Assembly (NCBI GenBank): GCA_045837725.1
Contig: JBEWZL010000260.1
Span: 186,001 to 250,000, forward strand
Direction of reading: 5' to 3'
Length of the DNA: 64,000 bases
DNA from: Vermamoeba vermiformis
Lineage: Eukaryota
The first letter of the stretch is position 1. Each line of letters opens with the position of its first letter. Below the pieces are notes generated by a model. The model was not told where the DNA came from. It searched no databases and saw only the letters and a list, made by a program, of their open reading frames with translations. A program made the translations under genes and the position numbers. Positions 11,540 to 24,393 of this stretch are shown here, piece after piece.

Positions 11540-14500
11540 CTATTCATCAGGGAATGATGAATTAAGTTTGTTGCAGATCTGTTCCATTGATGGTCGATTG
11601 TTCGGATCTGGTTGCCAGCAAGAAAGCATGATTTCACGAAGCACCGGATCTACATTCTGAGGGATCGATGGATGATACGACTCGTTCCTAAGTAATTAAT
11701 TTAATATTAATTTTAACGCACTTGGAAGATTGACTTACTTGATCTTGACGGCAACTTCAAGCGGATCAACATCAATATGAGGTTCATTTCGACTAACAAT
11801 TTCGTATACTATGTGGAGGTAGTCAGCACTATATACCAATAGTAATGATCTGATCGAAAAAAAGTACGTACAAACAATGCCAAAGGACCACACATCACTC
11901 TTTGTGCTGTACTGAAGATCACGCAAGCTTTCCGGTGCCTGACGAGTATTCGCGTTAAAATATTTAATCGCAATGAGTACTCGAGTCTTACCATCCATCG
12001 AATAGGTCCGTAGTTTGTTCTAGTCTTGCCTTTCTCAGCTTCGCTCTTTAGAACACGTGACATGCCAAAGTCCTAAAGTGGCAAAGGTTAGCTAACTATC
12101 ATTACATCAATATGCAGCTACTTACGGAAATCTTGGGAGTGCCCGATTTGTTGAGCTGTCGAAAAACAAGTTAAGTGACAAGTACGAATGCCATTTTGAC
12201 ACGTGTCAGCTACGAGCTTGAAGTACACGTAGACTTACCAGAACATTTCTCGCGGCCAGATCACGATGAACAATGTTGTTCGTGTGAAGATGATACAATC
12301 CTCGTGCAATACCCTTGACCAGTGCGATTTTTTGTTGCTGACTCAATGTCACATCCGAGTCGAACAAACGATTGTCGAGACTTCCGCCTTCACACAACTC
12401 GAGTACAATGCACGGTAGTTGGCCGTCAAGACTCACACCAAACGTTTGCACGACATTTGGATGTTGCTGAAGACCGCTACAACGTCGTACATCAGACATA
12501 TCTCAATAACATATGCTAGTATACTAATACTTACACAGTAATTCTTGCTTCGTCGAAGAATCCGTCCATGTCTGTCACCGACGATGATACTTTGATTGCC
12601 ACTGGCGTGCCTTTCCATTCGCTACAACAGAGTGTCAGACCCAAACACATACTAAGCTCTAGTCGATACATACCCTATAAAGACTTTGCCGTAGCTGCCA
12701 GCACCGATCTCTTTCTTGAAAACTAACGATTTGTACGGAATCTTCAAACGATCGTCAATTGATTCTGCGACCAAACGTCATTAATTAGGCTATGTACTTT
12801 TCATTCGGCTTATAATTATCATTATTAGTGAACACGTACCCATTGCAATCTCCACGCGACTCTTGCCGTGCAACAGAGAGCCTCTTCTATTCTTTCTTCG
12901 ACGCAGCAGCACAAGCAAGATGATCAGTCCAGCTGCAACGACCACTACAGGTACGACAATAGCCGGGACAATAACGCCCACTTGAGGTCCGTCTCCGAGA
13001 GGGCCAACGGCATTATTATTCTGAGTGCCATCGGGACTTATTCCGCTGCTCGGTGCCACGCCGCCAATTGGATTATTGCCGCTATTGTTTGGAATCGATG
13101 AAGAGAACGGACTTGACGCCGAGCAATCGGGATTACAAAAAGCACCATCGCATGCTTCCTATAAAATATGAAGATCAGGTCAATTTAATATAAATTATAT
13201 ATAAATTATTAACAATTTTTAGTAAGTAAATTGTGCGCTATAAATGAAATCAAGAATAAAATTAAAATAATTATTGTACTTACGAAAGAATTTTTGTATC
13301 CGTTTCCACAGTAGTCGTGCCAGAGTTGCACCACGTAGGGCTGGCCCGAGTCAGTGTCGACGGCTAATAAAGTCATGTTGCCGTTCGAATCAGCATTACT
13401 GGCGTAAAATGAGAATGTGCCGGCAAGATTCAAACTCTTGAACGGATTCTGCGACACTATTTGACCGTTTTGAATTTGATACGCGAAGAAACCTGAAGTG
13501 TCTTGACCGAAGAGTACTAAGGCTTCAGGATAGTGACTCAGTAACGCTAATGAAGTAAAACCTTTCCCAGCGCTTGCCGTCATAATAGCAGTCGTATTGA
13601 TTTGAGAATTGTTTGGAGTCCATTGATTGCAATTAACTTGCGTCTATTCAGTTAAAAATAAATTTGTTATGTTCATTCCAGGAAAATCTCACTAAAATTC
13701 AATTTGTACTGTACTCACGTTTGTGGTGTAGCAGAATACTCCAGATGTACCCGATGACATTGATTGGCTCGTTACAGAAACAGCACTTGCAGGCATCGTT
13801 TGCGGAGAAAAAGTGTGGGTCCCGGCTACATCCAGATCACCGGCCCAAATTTGGCCGTCTTTTAACGCAGCAACGGCTGATACATTTCCTAGTATTTAAA
13901 TACGTCAATTTTGCATTTTTTTCCCTTAATCAAAGTTACTAACTTACCTGCAGCGTAGTTTACGAAATTTAATTGGGAGACAGTGTTATTTAGAGTAGTA
14001 CCAAATGATATGCTTGTTGCTATCTGCTGGACTGGATTTGATGGCGCAGAACGGTCGTAGCTAATCAAGCCAAATTGAACTTTTAACTATAATAAGGTTC
14101 ATTAAAGGTGGAAAATTAAGTTGATCCGCTTACCTGGTACGTAGAAGAAAACCCAACTAGGTATTTCGAAGATCCTGGGTACACAATAACATTCATGGTA
14201 GATGGGATATTATCCCATAATAAATCGCAATTATCAGGACCAACATCCGGCAGATTTTCTATTTTGTAGTAGATCTGCCAATAATTAATTATGCGATCCA
14301 ATACTTCAACTAAATAAATTACTTACGTAACATGAAGTAGGCAACGTCTTCGTATAAAATAGAATACAGGTGTCTGACGAGGGCATTACCAAAACATCAA
14401 AAAGAGAATAGTAATCAATGGCGGAGGTTTCATTAATTATCGAACCGGGTATTCCGTGGCCAAATATAACTCTAAAAAAAAATATAATATTAATATCGTA

Positions 14501-14820
14501 TAAATAATTAATAATGAGTGGTTATTACCGTGCTGCATTGTCTTTCGAGCGATAGGCATAACAAATTTTACCGTTACCAGCACTCGCAAACGCAATTTGA
14601 TTCGGTGCCGCGGTTATTGTCATATTATACACATTAGCTACGATAAACTCGTCGGTGGACGGATCTGCAATGCAAACCGTTAATTTTTGATATCTTTGGA
14701 ATTTTCCTATTAATTAAATCGCAACTAAAATTCGTATATACATCACTTACTTGCGTAAATAAATTTGGGTGGTATTACGGCAATAAAAAGCACAAAGATC
14801 CAGATGTCCAAACTGCGCAT
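11540..14820 (-). CDS. Receptor-type tyrosine kinase (signal peptide, ectodomain, TM, TK domain)
   Basis: Signal peptide; CGNG..EACDG Cys motif; TM VIVPAIVVPVVVVAAGLIILLVLL followed by RRRKNRR; IGAGSYGKV, HRDLAARN, DFGMSR, GPIRWMAPE, SDVWSFG. Confidence 0.9.
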
Positions 14821-15654
14821 CTCTTTCTGATTCTATCTGCTTTGTATCAGATTATTAATCGCATGGCCGAGGGTTAATAAATAAAAATATCTTCTAGTTC
14901 ATAAGTGGTTGCATATCACTTCAATGCACATTGATTAATAACGAAAACCGAAAATAGACCTGGTGTCACCGCATGTCAAATCTTTTACACTTGTGCACAT
15001 CGGTATATGACCGTTTAACACAATAACCTGCCATAGTTAATCGTTGAAGGGAAGGCGAAGTACAATTGGACGTGAGAATCGCTAATTGGCCGAGACGCAA
15101 TTAACCAGACGGAATTTTATCTCGGGATCTTGCTCGATTTGACTTAATCAAGGTAGATTTGAGCTTTGTTTACTTGCTTTGATGCTTTTTGTTGTTGTTA
15201 GGGTTGTAGAACTGTATTTCGATCGATTAATAAGCACACTGCCCATGAACTAATTTGCGTTCGAGAAATTTCCAAGCATATTCTGCCGCGCCAATATCGA
15301 AAGGCCTTAAATCGTAAACCGTTTCGATATCGGCACGTCAACTTTTCAAGTTCAAAATATTTGACAGCAAAATAGTGAAATTTCCGAGGAAAATTGCCTT
15401 TCCACGGTACGAATTCCTTTAAAGAGCAATTAAAAAACAGAGACGAGTGACAGGTGTACGAAAAGTCAAATAAAAACAATAACACTGTTTGCTAAGACGT
15501 TTCTCTTCTTTTGGCATGCCGATACTTGACGAGATAAAAGCGAAACGAACTCGCTATAGTTTCATTCAATCAAGCTAACAACAACTAAGACAACAAGAGC
15601 TTCTCTATTCATATCAATTAACCGAGCATCGAAAGTCACTCAACGACCGGTCAA

Positions 15655-16992
15655 ATGAGAATTCTTACTTCAATTGTAATTTCATCGTGCTTAATCGCAC
15701 TCGTATACGGATGTAAGTATTGAAGTTACTTTGCGTTATTACCTTAATATTGACCAATGAGCTGTTAGGGTGTCAACCAGGCGAGTTCCAGTGCCAAGCT
15801 GGTACGGGTATTGGTTGCCAGCAAAACGATTGTCTTTGTTTGCCTGGTTGGCGAACAACTTTCCCTCTCTCCAATAACTGCGAGCCAAGTAAGTACTTGA
15901 ATAAGACATTATGACATATTATATCGATAACTTACCAAATAACTTGTGTAGTTTGCGGCGACAACATGATCGTTGATAATGAAGAATGCGATGGTGGTGT
16001 TGGCTGCTGTAATTGCCAGTACGTTAATTAGATGAATAATAATTCAAAGGCGCTGTACTAACTTGTTGCTTAGATGCCGTGAAGGCTTCGTGCCAACCAA
16101 TCCTCGTTCACAGGACTGCGTGCCTTTGCAACCACCAGTGCCTGTCTGCCCTCCTGTCCAACCTCCCCACGCCCCTCAAGCCCCTCAAGCCCCACATGCC
16201 CCTCAAGCCCCACATGCTCCTCAAGCCCCACATGCCCCTCAAGCCCCACATGCCCCTCAAGCCCCACATGCCCCTCAAGCCCCTCACGCCCCTCAAGCCC
16301 CTCACGCTCCACAAGCCCCTCAAGCCCCTCAAGCCCCTCAAACCTGCTTGTTCCGTACTTTCACGCAAGGTGCTTACGGTGCTACTTGCCACGGCAACAA
16401 TCCTGCCTGCTATCTTGACCACAACTTCGGAACGTGCTTCCCTGAAGGCGTGTTGGTTGGCAGAACCGGATGCTTAGGATCAGCCTTATTCACCAGCGCA
16501 TCTGCCATTGAAGCTTTCTTGCCAGCTGGTGGTACGCCTCGAGGTATTACGGGAACTTGGACCAATCCTACCAGAGCTGAAGTCCCGGGCGTTTTGGCTG
16601 GACAACTCTTGACCGCTCTTCTCAACGTTGGCTTTGACACCTGCGACCCCAACTTTTCTTCGTGCACTGAGCACACTCAAGACTTGTGCTTCCGTGACGG
16701 CAATTGCGAAGGCTTCAGTGTTATTCAAGTCATCAACGCTGCTCAGTACATCATCTCGGGTTGCACTGGCTGCAGCACCAGTCTGCCCTCTCATCTTTGC
16801 GGTTTGTCCTACTCGCAAATCAACTCTTGTTTGGACACCTTCAACAGCGCCTTTGACGAAGGCAAGGCCTCTAGCTCGCATTTTGGTACATGCGACACTC
16901 TCGAGATCTCTGGAAAAGCTACTAGCGATGCTACCACTTCTGCTTATTGCGCCAGCTTGATGCTTCTTTCTGCCACCGTTGCGTTGTTCTAA
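15655..16992 (+). CDS. Cys-rich, probably GPI-anchored surface protein, paralogue 1 (PHAPQA linker)
   Basis: Signal peptide MRILTSIVISSCLIALVYG; EGF-like and CGD..EECDGG modules; repeat linker; TQGAYG..GNNP..GVLAGQLL domain; hydrophobic C-terminus. Confidence 0.85.
16165..16341 (+). repeat. Coding 9/18-bp tandem repeat (PHA/PQA)n
   Basis: Repeated GCCCCTCAA/GCCCCACAT units. Confidence 0.95.
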
Positions 16993-17929
16993 AGCAAGAT
17001 CCGCCGCGTCGTCAACCTTTTTTTTAACACTTTAGTATATTTTAGATTTTAGTATCATCCGTTGCCATATTAGCGGCAATATTTTGTATTAGCGTTGTAT
17101 AGTTAAATCAACAAATAAAATTTGTTTGAATTTTTAAAAATTTACGAATCGTTATAATTGTGCAAAAGGTACAAATAGTACACTAGCTCGAAAAAATATT
17201 TTTGGAGAATTATCTTACAATTTTAACTCGGATTATTCAGATCTTCGATCCAGCTTAAAAAATACGACGCTTCACCTTGAACGGTCCGATTCCACAATCA
17301 CAACGCATAATAAATATACAGCTTTAACAACATTAGGGATCGGTCTATTGTGCTTGCTGTGATTTTTGATCTATCTTTTTAAAAATTTTTAAAATTGGCG
17401 GAACGCGAGTAAACCAGACTGTCCAAAAGACTCGAGGATGGAACTTAAAACTCACTTAATGGCTAGCCACACGCGTACCACGGCGGTAGTATTTGATCCA
17501 CCTGAACAATTGATTGCCGTCACCAAACAAGTTTATGTTCGAAAAATTGACGCAACCCAATTTTCCTCCTGTTCTTTTAGTGTTTAATTATAAATATTGA
17601 AAACTCTACGATAGTATTATTTAGCAACTAAGATCAAAACCGATCCAGCCAAGTTCGCGAAATTTCCTCGAGAATTTATTCCGAAACAGGAAATTGGTAC
17701 CGATTTCCGAATTAAGAGTAATTTAAATAAGACGAGTGACAGGAGCGCGAAAAGTCATCATTCAACTTCGTATTTCGTTTTGCATACACGTGTGCCAATG
17801 CCAATCGCAGGTATAAAAAGCTAATCGTCTGCCTAACAATTCATTCAACAACAAACAGCAACCAAAGCAACACAAGAGCACTTCACTTCCTATCAAAACA
17901 ACTGTAAAACGTCTAATCATTCGCCAAAC

Positions 17930-19311
17930 ATGAGAATTCTTACTTCGATTGTAATTTCATCGTGTTTAATAGCACTCGTTTATGGATGTAAGTAGTTGCG
18001 TTGTAGTCAATGCCAATACTAATTACTTTCAACACTAGGGTGTGATCCAGGGCAGTTCCAATGCCAAGCTGGTACGGGTATTGGTTGCCAGCAAAACGAT
18101 TGTCTTTGTTTGCCTGGTTGGCGAACAACTTTCCCTCTCTCCAATAACTGCGAGCCAAGTAAGACGTTAAAAAGACATTATAAGATTGTATCATATTATA
18201 TCGATAACTTACCAATAACTTGCGTAGTCTGCGGTGACTGTTTGGTCGTTGGCGACGAACAATGCGATGGTGGTGTTGGCTGCTGTGGTTGCAAGTACGT
18301 ACCAAAAAGGATTTGCATTTTCAGTGAACATTTCACTAACTTGCCACGATTGACAGGTGCCTTGAAGGCTATGTTCCGACCAATCCTCCTTCAAAGGACT
18401 GCGTGCCTTGTGAACAACCACCAGTGCCTGTCTGCCCTCCTGTCGAAGCTCCCCAGAGTGAGCCCCAGAGCGAACCTCAGAGCGAGCCCCAAAGTGAACC
18501 TCAGAGCGAACCCCAGAGTGAGCCCCAGAGCGAGCCCATGAGTGAGCCCCAGAGCGAACCTCAAAGTGAGCCCCAAAGTGAGCCCCAGAGCGAACCTCAA
18601 AGTGAGCCCCAAAGTGAGCCCCAGAGTGAACCCCAGAGCGAGCCCCAAAGTGAGCCTGAAGGTCAATGCTTATACCGCACTTACACTCAAGGTGCTTGGG
18701 GTGCTTCGTGCAACGGCAACAATCCTGCCTGCTATCGTAACGCCAACTTTGAAACATGCTTCAGTCAGACTGGTGGCGTGACACTGGGCGTCGTTCTGTG
18801 CAACAACTTCGCATTTTTCAACAGCTCTGCTAGCATTGAAGCGTTCTTGCCTTCAACCGGTCCATCAACAGCTATCTCTGGTCAGTTCGTCAACCCGAGC
18901 AACAGTGACGTTACCGGTAACTTGGCTGGACAACTCTTGACCGCTCTTCTCAACATTGACTTTGACAACTGCGACCCCAACTTCTCTTCGTGCACCGAGC
19001 ACACTCAAGACTTGTGCTTCTTGACCGGTAATTGCCAAGGCCACAGCGTGTTGGAAATCATTCAAGTGGCTCAAAACAAAATCTCCAGTTGCCCTGCCAA
19101 TTCATGCACTTCAGATCCATGCTCGTTGACGCTGACCCAACTCGGTGGCTGTTTGGATACGTTCAACAACGCGTTTGATGGCGGCAAGGCAACCAGCAAT
19201 GATGTTGGTTCTTGCAACCTCATCGAAGTTGCCGGAACTCCCAGCAGTGCAAATACGTCGGTTCACTGCGCTGCCTTGTTGTTCCTTTCTGGCCTCATTG
19301 CATTGCTTTAA
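17930..19311 (+). CDS. Cys-rich, probably GPI-anchored surface protein, paralogue 2 (PQSE linker)
   Basis: Same exon structure and N-terminal protein sequence as 15655..16992; TQGAWG..GNNP..GNLAGQLL domain; hydrophobic C-terminus. Confidence 0.85.
18451..18657 (+). repeat. Coding 12-bp tandem repeat (PQSE)n
   Basis: About 17 CCCCAGAGTGAG-type units. Confidence 0.95.
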
Positions 19312-19695
19312 ACCTCGCGAGTCGAGTGCAAAGCGGAGACTCATGACTCCGACGCACGTATGACCTATTGTTTATAATTTAGTATTTGTTGTATATTGTA
19401 CATAGATAGAAATAAAAATATATAGAATTAAGGTTTCCAAAAGACTTACTGGTTTGGTTGCGCAATTGCTGTATCTTCGACGGAATTGTTACGACCGAAA
19501 ATAAGAAATTACGATAATTTGATAGCGCACCAACGCATAGACCGATAAAACAAATCTACATGCGGTGCTGCTTTTAATATTGCGACCGAGGTCCGTACGA
19601 TAGATTAATAGCAAAACAATCATTAGTATATTAAGGCGTAGATGAAACGTAAGTAGCATTTTGAAAAGATTTTACCGTGTAGGCATTGGATCGCG

Positions 19696-21530
19696 TTACA
19701 AGTTTGAAGATAACAAGCTTTGCGGGAACTCTTGAATATTATGAATAAGTACTCCGTCTACGCCAACATTCGCCAACATTGATTCCATCATCTCTTGCTC
19801 GAACTGTTTTTTCAGATCTTCGATCGCACTTGAAGGTGCGCCTACATTCATAAAAATTAACAAATATTTCAATAAATATGCTAACGAGTTAAATATTTTA
19901 AACCGATAAATACTTGAGTTAAAAATATGAATCAAACAAAGTACTTACTTCGTCGGAGCAAAGTAAAAGCAAATCCACCTCCACCTGCACCAGTAAGTTT
20001 TGAATGCAAGCCCAAAGCAGCTGATTTTTGGACTATTAAATCGAGTGAAGGATGACCGACGCCCAAACCATTGAGCACTTGATGATTAATGTCGATAAAA
20101 GCTTCTAAGTGATTTTCAAATTCTCGTAACTTCTCCTCTGTTCATAAAGCATAATTAATAACATTAACCTATTATTGGGCTTATATAAAATAATATTTTC
20201 AATACTAAAGGACAGTATATTGGCGCATGTAACGGATCGGATCGTACGTACCGCTAGTTTCGTCAGCGTACTGAGTGAATAGTTCCAATGTTTTCTTCGA
20301 AATAGCATCAACACATTCTAATAGAGGTGTAGTAATAGTAGGATATTGCTTATGAAGCGCGCCAACTTTAGAGACTAAGGCCTTTGTATTTCTCGAAACT
20401 TTTGTGTTCGTCAATAACAGCGCAACTGGAGGGATCCTAGACATTATCAATATAGTTAGCTCATTAATACCAATGGAATTTAATTTGGCATTAATAATTT
20501 TCCTAATTTTAATCGCGATTGGATCTTGACGAACGAACTAGGTAAGATTAGCTACATATTATATAACTTACTTTGGAATAAGCTCCAAACTGCCTTTAGT
20601 AAAACTAATAGCTCCACCATAAGTGCTAACTGAGTTGTCAATGCCCGAAGGAGTTCCATGCATAATCTTTTCAGCTTGGAAAGCCCAGCTAGTCAATTAA
20701 ATACCGTTAATACACTATAATAAACAAATGTTAATATTATCATATCTTACGCGTTAATAGTTTCGGCGCGTTCTTTAACAGGTTTAAAAGCAACGGATTC
20801 GCCTCTTTTAATTTCATTGTAGCTGAATAAAATAGGATTAGCTTTCTATTAGCATATAATTGTTATATACGATCGTACTGTTGAGAACCAGGCGAGAAAT
20901 ATTCGAGTAAGCCAGCAGCCATGCTAACGTTAAAGGCAGCAGAAGATCCGAGACCAGCACCGACTTGTACTTGTGACCGTACTTGTACTTTAATACCCTT
21001 CTTGGTACTTATATGTTTAAATAGTAAAATTAGTTTCGGGCAATATAAAAATGAGTCGATCGAGTTTTGGATCGAGATATTTTTTGATACTTACGCGTTT
21101 CGCGAGAAAATTAAGTACAAAAATAAAAACGCTAATATTCCTTTAAAATCAGTATTGGCTGTTTTCTCCAAGAAGGTTAAGAGTTCGGGATCAAGTGATG
21201 GTTCCGTTGGTAAATTGCCTAAAAATATTAATTAAAGAATATTCATGAGAATAATGCCTACATTAATGCATTGACATAAATTATTGATGGAAATAATATT
21301 ATAGAAATTAAATTACCTTGATATTTTAATTGATCTACGGTCCATTTTTGTTTAATATTCACGTCAGGCAAATCTAATTCTACCACGTCATCACTATTGC
21401 TTTCTATTTTAACATAAGCACGCATATCCAAGCTGGTAGCAATGGCTGTCTTGCCCAGCACGACGACATGCTCGCCAAACAAAATTATCTTAGCAGGAGC
21501 TGATGACAATACTACGCGTCGGTCCGTCAT
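19696..21530 (-). CDS. MVK: Mevalonate kinase
   Basis: [69 protein letters not shown]. Confidence 0.95.
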
Positions 21531-21697
21531 GGTGATGTATTATAATTAAATATACAAATAATTTCTACCTCAAAAAATGAACAGGCCGCGCAAAGCCCGA
21601 CAAAAAAAATTCTTTGTAAATTTGAGTTCAGCAAATGAGAGGACGTACCAAACTCACGAACTTCAACAATAGGATATTTATTTTATACAAAAATGAT

Positions 21698-23717
21698 TTA
21701 TAATACAGTAGTGCTGCTATCGCGAGTATTAACATCAGAAAGCTTCGTCTCATCCGTAGACTTCTTCGAGCTCGTAGATTTGGTGGCAGCAACATCGAAC
21801 AACAATAGTCTCATTAACGAGTCTAATGTCACGATGAAGAACAAGAAAGCTGTCGTTATCACTTGTGGCACTGGGTACCGATTGACGGATGGGAAGACGA
21901 AAGCGATGGCCACGATAATGAGACAAAAGCGAACTACGGCGTTCAAAATCATCTTGGTATTAATCTAAAGCATAATATTAATTATTTGGTCTTAGAAAAT
22001 TAAAGTAGCGTAAAATGTCTTAATTTTGATCAAATCAGATCTGATAATGCAAAAAATTGCATACCCTTGAGAGCCTGCGGAACTTTCCACTGTCACCACG
22101 AACTTCTTTTGACATTTGCATTCGCTTCATGACACGAACTAGCGTTACGATGTAGAATATCAAGAACGCCACTGTTATCAGCAAGTAGATAACAGTCATC
22201 GGAGTCGTGGTTCCGAAGTCCAAGTAAAATCCAAGCAAACTCAGTGTTAGGTCCATAGCGATGAGCAAAAGCATAATCACAAAGAACGGGATCTTTAGTT
22301 TGTCCAAGAACGGATAAATTACTATTGACGAGTCCGTCACAACTTCGTGCCTAACAAGATTCGAGATCAGATCCGCAAAAAAAGCGCAGTAAACTAACAT
22401 ATTATGATATCCGTATGAAATACTTACCAATAGAACGTGATCAAAACGAAGGTTGCAGTAGCGTAAGGAAGACTAACCGTGTCTAAGAAACTGTTCGCAG
22501 CAGCTGTGTACGTGAAGTTGCAGCCCATCGGATCCACCGCTAAATAAACGACTCGCCCTAGAACTTCTGTGAATATCTATAGCCGATACTAACTACGTGT
22601 TGGTACACTTACAAAGGTTTGAGATGATCTCTAAGGCCAAGCAGACTTGCGGAACATTGAAGTGAGAGCCTTGTCGTCGCACAAACAAAATGAGCTTGCA
22701 AAGCGCGTAGATTGCAAGCGACAACGCAAAACCACCCAAAAATACTCTGAATACTACGAGCACTGCAATTGAAATAATCGCAGCGGTCCAAGGATTTCCT
22801 AATTGGGAAAATTAGAAAAATTTTTAATTTTCGGCGTTTCAGTTTCTGAAATCTAAAATCATATTTTGAATCAATCAAACGATTGAATATACCTTCAGAA
22901 GTAAGTTGCACCAGAACTTGACCGCCTGCTAGCAGATCCGTATGAATGTTTTGAAATTCGTTGGAGTTGATTTCCGCGACAGGTATCGTGATCTTGGTCA
23001 TATCCTCGCCATTCCAAGTGCAGAAATCTTGACCGGGAACAACTATAAAAGGTACGCGTAAGACGGCGTAAAACAGATGACACGTGTCATAGTATTTGAC
23101 ATGTTAATTAAATTAGGTAATCTTCAATCGCTACTGCTCGATTAAAAGGATTATATGACCAATAGTATGACTTAAAGACTATAATATTATTAATACATCG
23201 CATATTTAAGGCTTTTGAACGAACGTAGTAGCTTTTTTCAGTGAAGATTGGTATTGTAAAGATTGCGGCACGGGTAGAATAAGATTCGCTTATGACACTA
23301 TGACATATAATAAATACTTACCGTAGTCTGCGCCTTGAATCACGCCAATAGCGCCTCGGTCAATAAATGACAATACGCGTTGCCAAAACTGACTTTTAGA
23401 GCCTTCTGTCATATAGATAATCTTGCCATTCATATCGCTTGATGTTTCGTCGACTAAAATTCCAGTAATTGGAGAAAATACGGAATTAAAGTCATCGCCT
23501 ACGAAATTGTAAAACGGTTAGATCCATTAAATTTAATTAATTAAGCTTAATGCTCTAATATAATGTCATTGAATACATTACCTTTCTTATAGAACTGAGC
23601 GCTCACAAATTCAGTGCCATTGTTGTTTCCAGACAGAATCGTTAATCGAGCAGATCCAACGTTGAACAAGCACGTAAGAGCTAATAGGCATAATAATATT
23701 GCACTTGTGGTCTTCAT
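21698..23717 (-). CDS. Signal peptide + PA-like ectodomain + multi-pass (about 7 TM) receptor-like protein
   Basis: Signal peptide; GKIIY..GAIGVI..IPVAEI PA-like motifs; successive hydrophobic helices including YLAVDPMG, LPYA..FYWHE; Ser/Thr-rich tail. Confidence 0.7.
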
Positions 23718-24393
23718 CTTAAATTAAGAACTACACGAGTGTTGCTCTCGTGCACAAATTATATTCATTGTTTGGGACATTCAGTCCGCATGAGTTATTG
23801 TGCTAGAACACAAAATCTCTCAGCACGCGTGCCCAGTAAACAAAAATAGATCTACAATGAAGTGCGAGATACATATGCACTCCATTACGTATATAGGAAT
23901 ATAAGCAAGAAAACGCAGGTTTGGTCGTGCGATCTGCGTCGAATTGGATGAGAAAAATATTTTACAGAAATACAAGAATATTAACGCCCGAACTTTGGTA
24001 GGATGATATTTAATATCGTTAAATACTGTTTGATTTGGCATTGTTAATTAAGACAAGACAAAAATACAATTTTAATTCAGTATCAAAAGACATTTTGAAC
24101 TGTTATTCATTTCGCGTGTAACAATTATATGTTAATTAATTTTAGAATTTAATACAGATTAGATGGTCACAGTTGAGGTATTGAAGAAAACAGAATCACC
24201 AGATTTTGGAAGAAAAAAAGTAACCGTTACGCAACATCAGGCATAGATTACCTTAATTCAATAGTGACTCCTTTTATATTCGTATATAGGTAAGGCCAAT
24301 GCGAAAAGTTCTCGCGTTACACGTATGTGGCCAACCAAGCACAAAATAAAAATTAATTTTGCTTTCTCGGCAGGTTCAGTTCAATTTAACGCG

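Noticed and set aside
16165-18657. Repeat arrays as CRISPR
   Set aside because: No unique spacers; they are coding minisatellites in a eukaryote.
16070-18781. Long alternative-frame and antisense ORFs over the repeats (GLEGHV, LKPHMP, GLTL, SPRAN)
   Set aside because: Shadow ORFs caused by stop-free tandem repeats.
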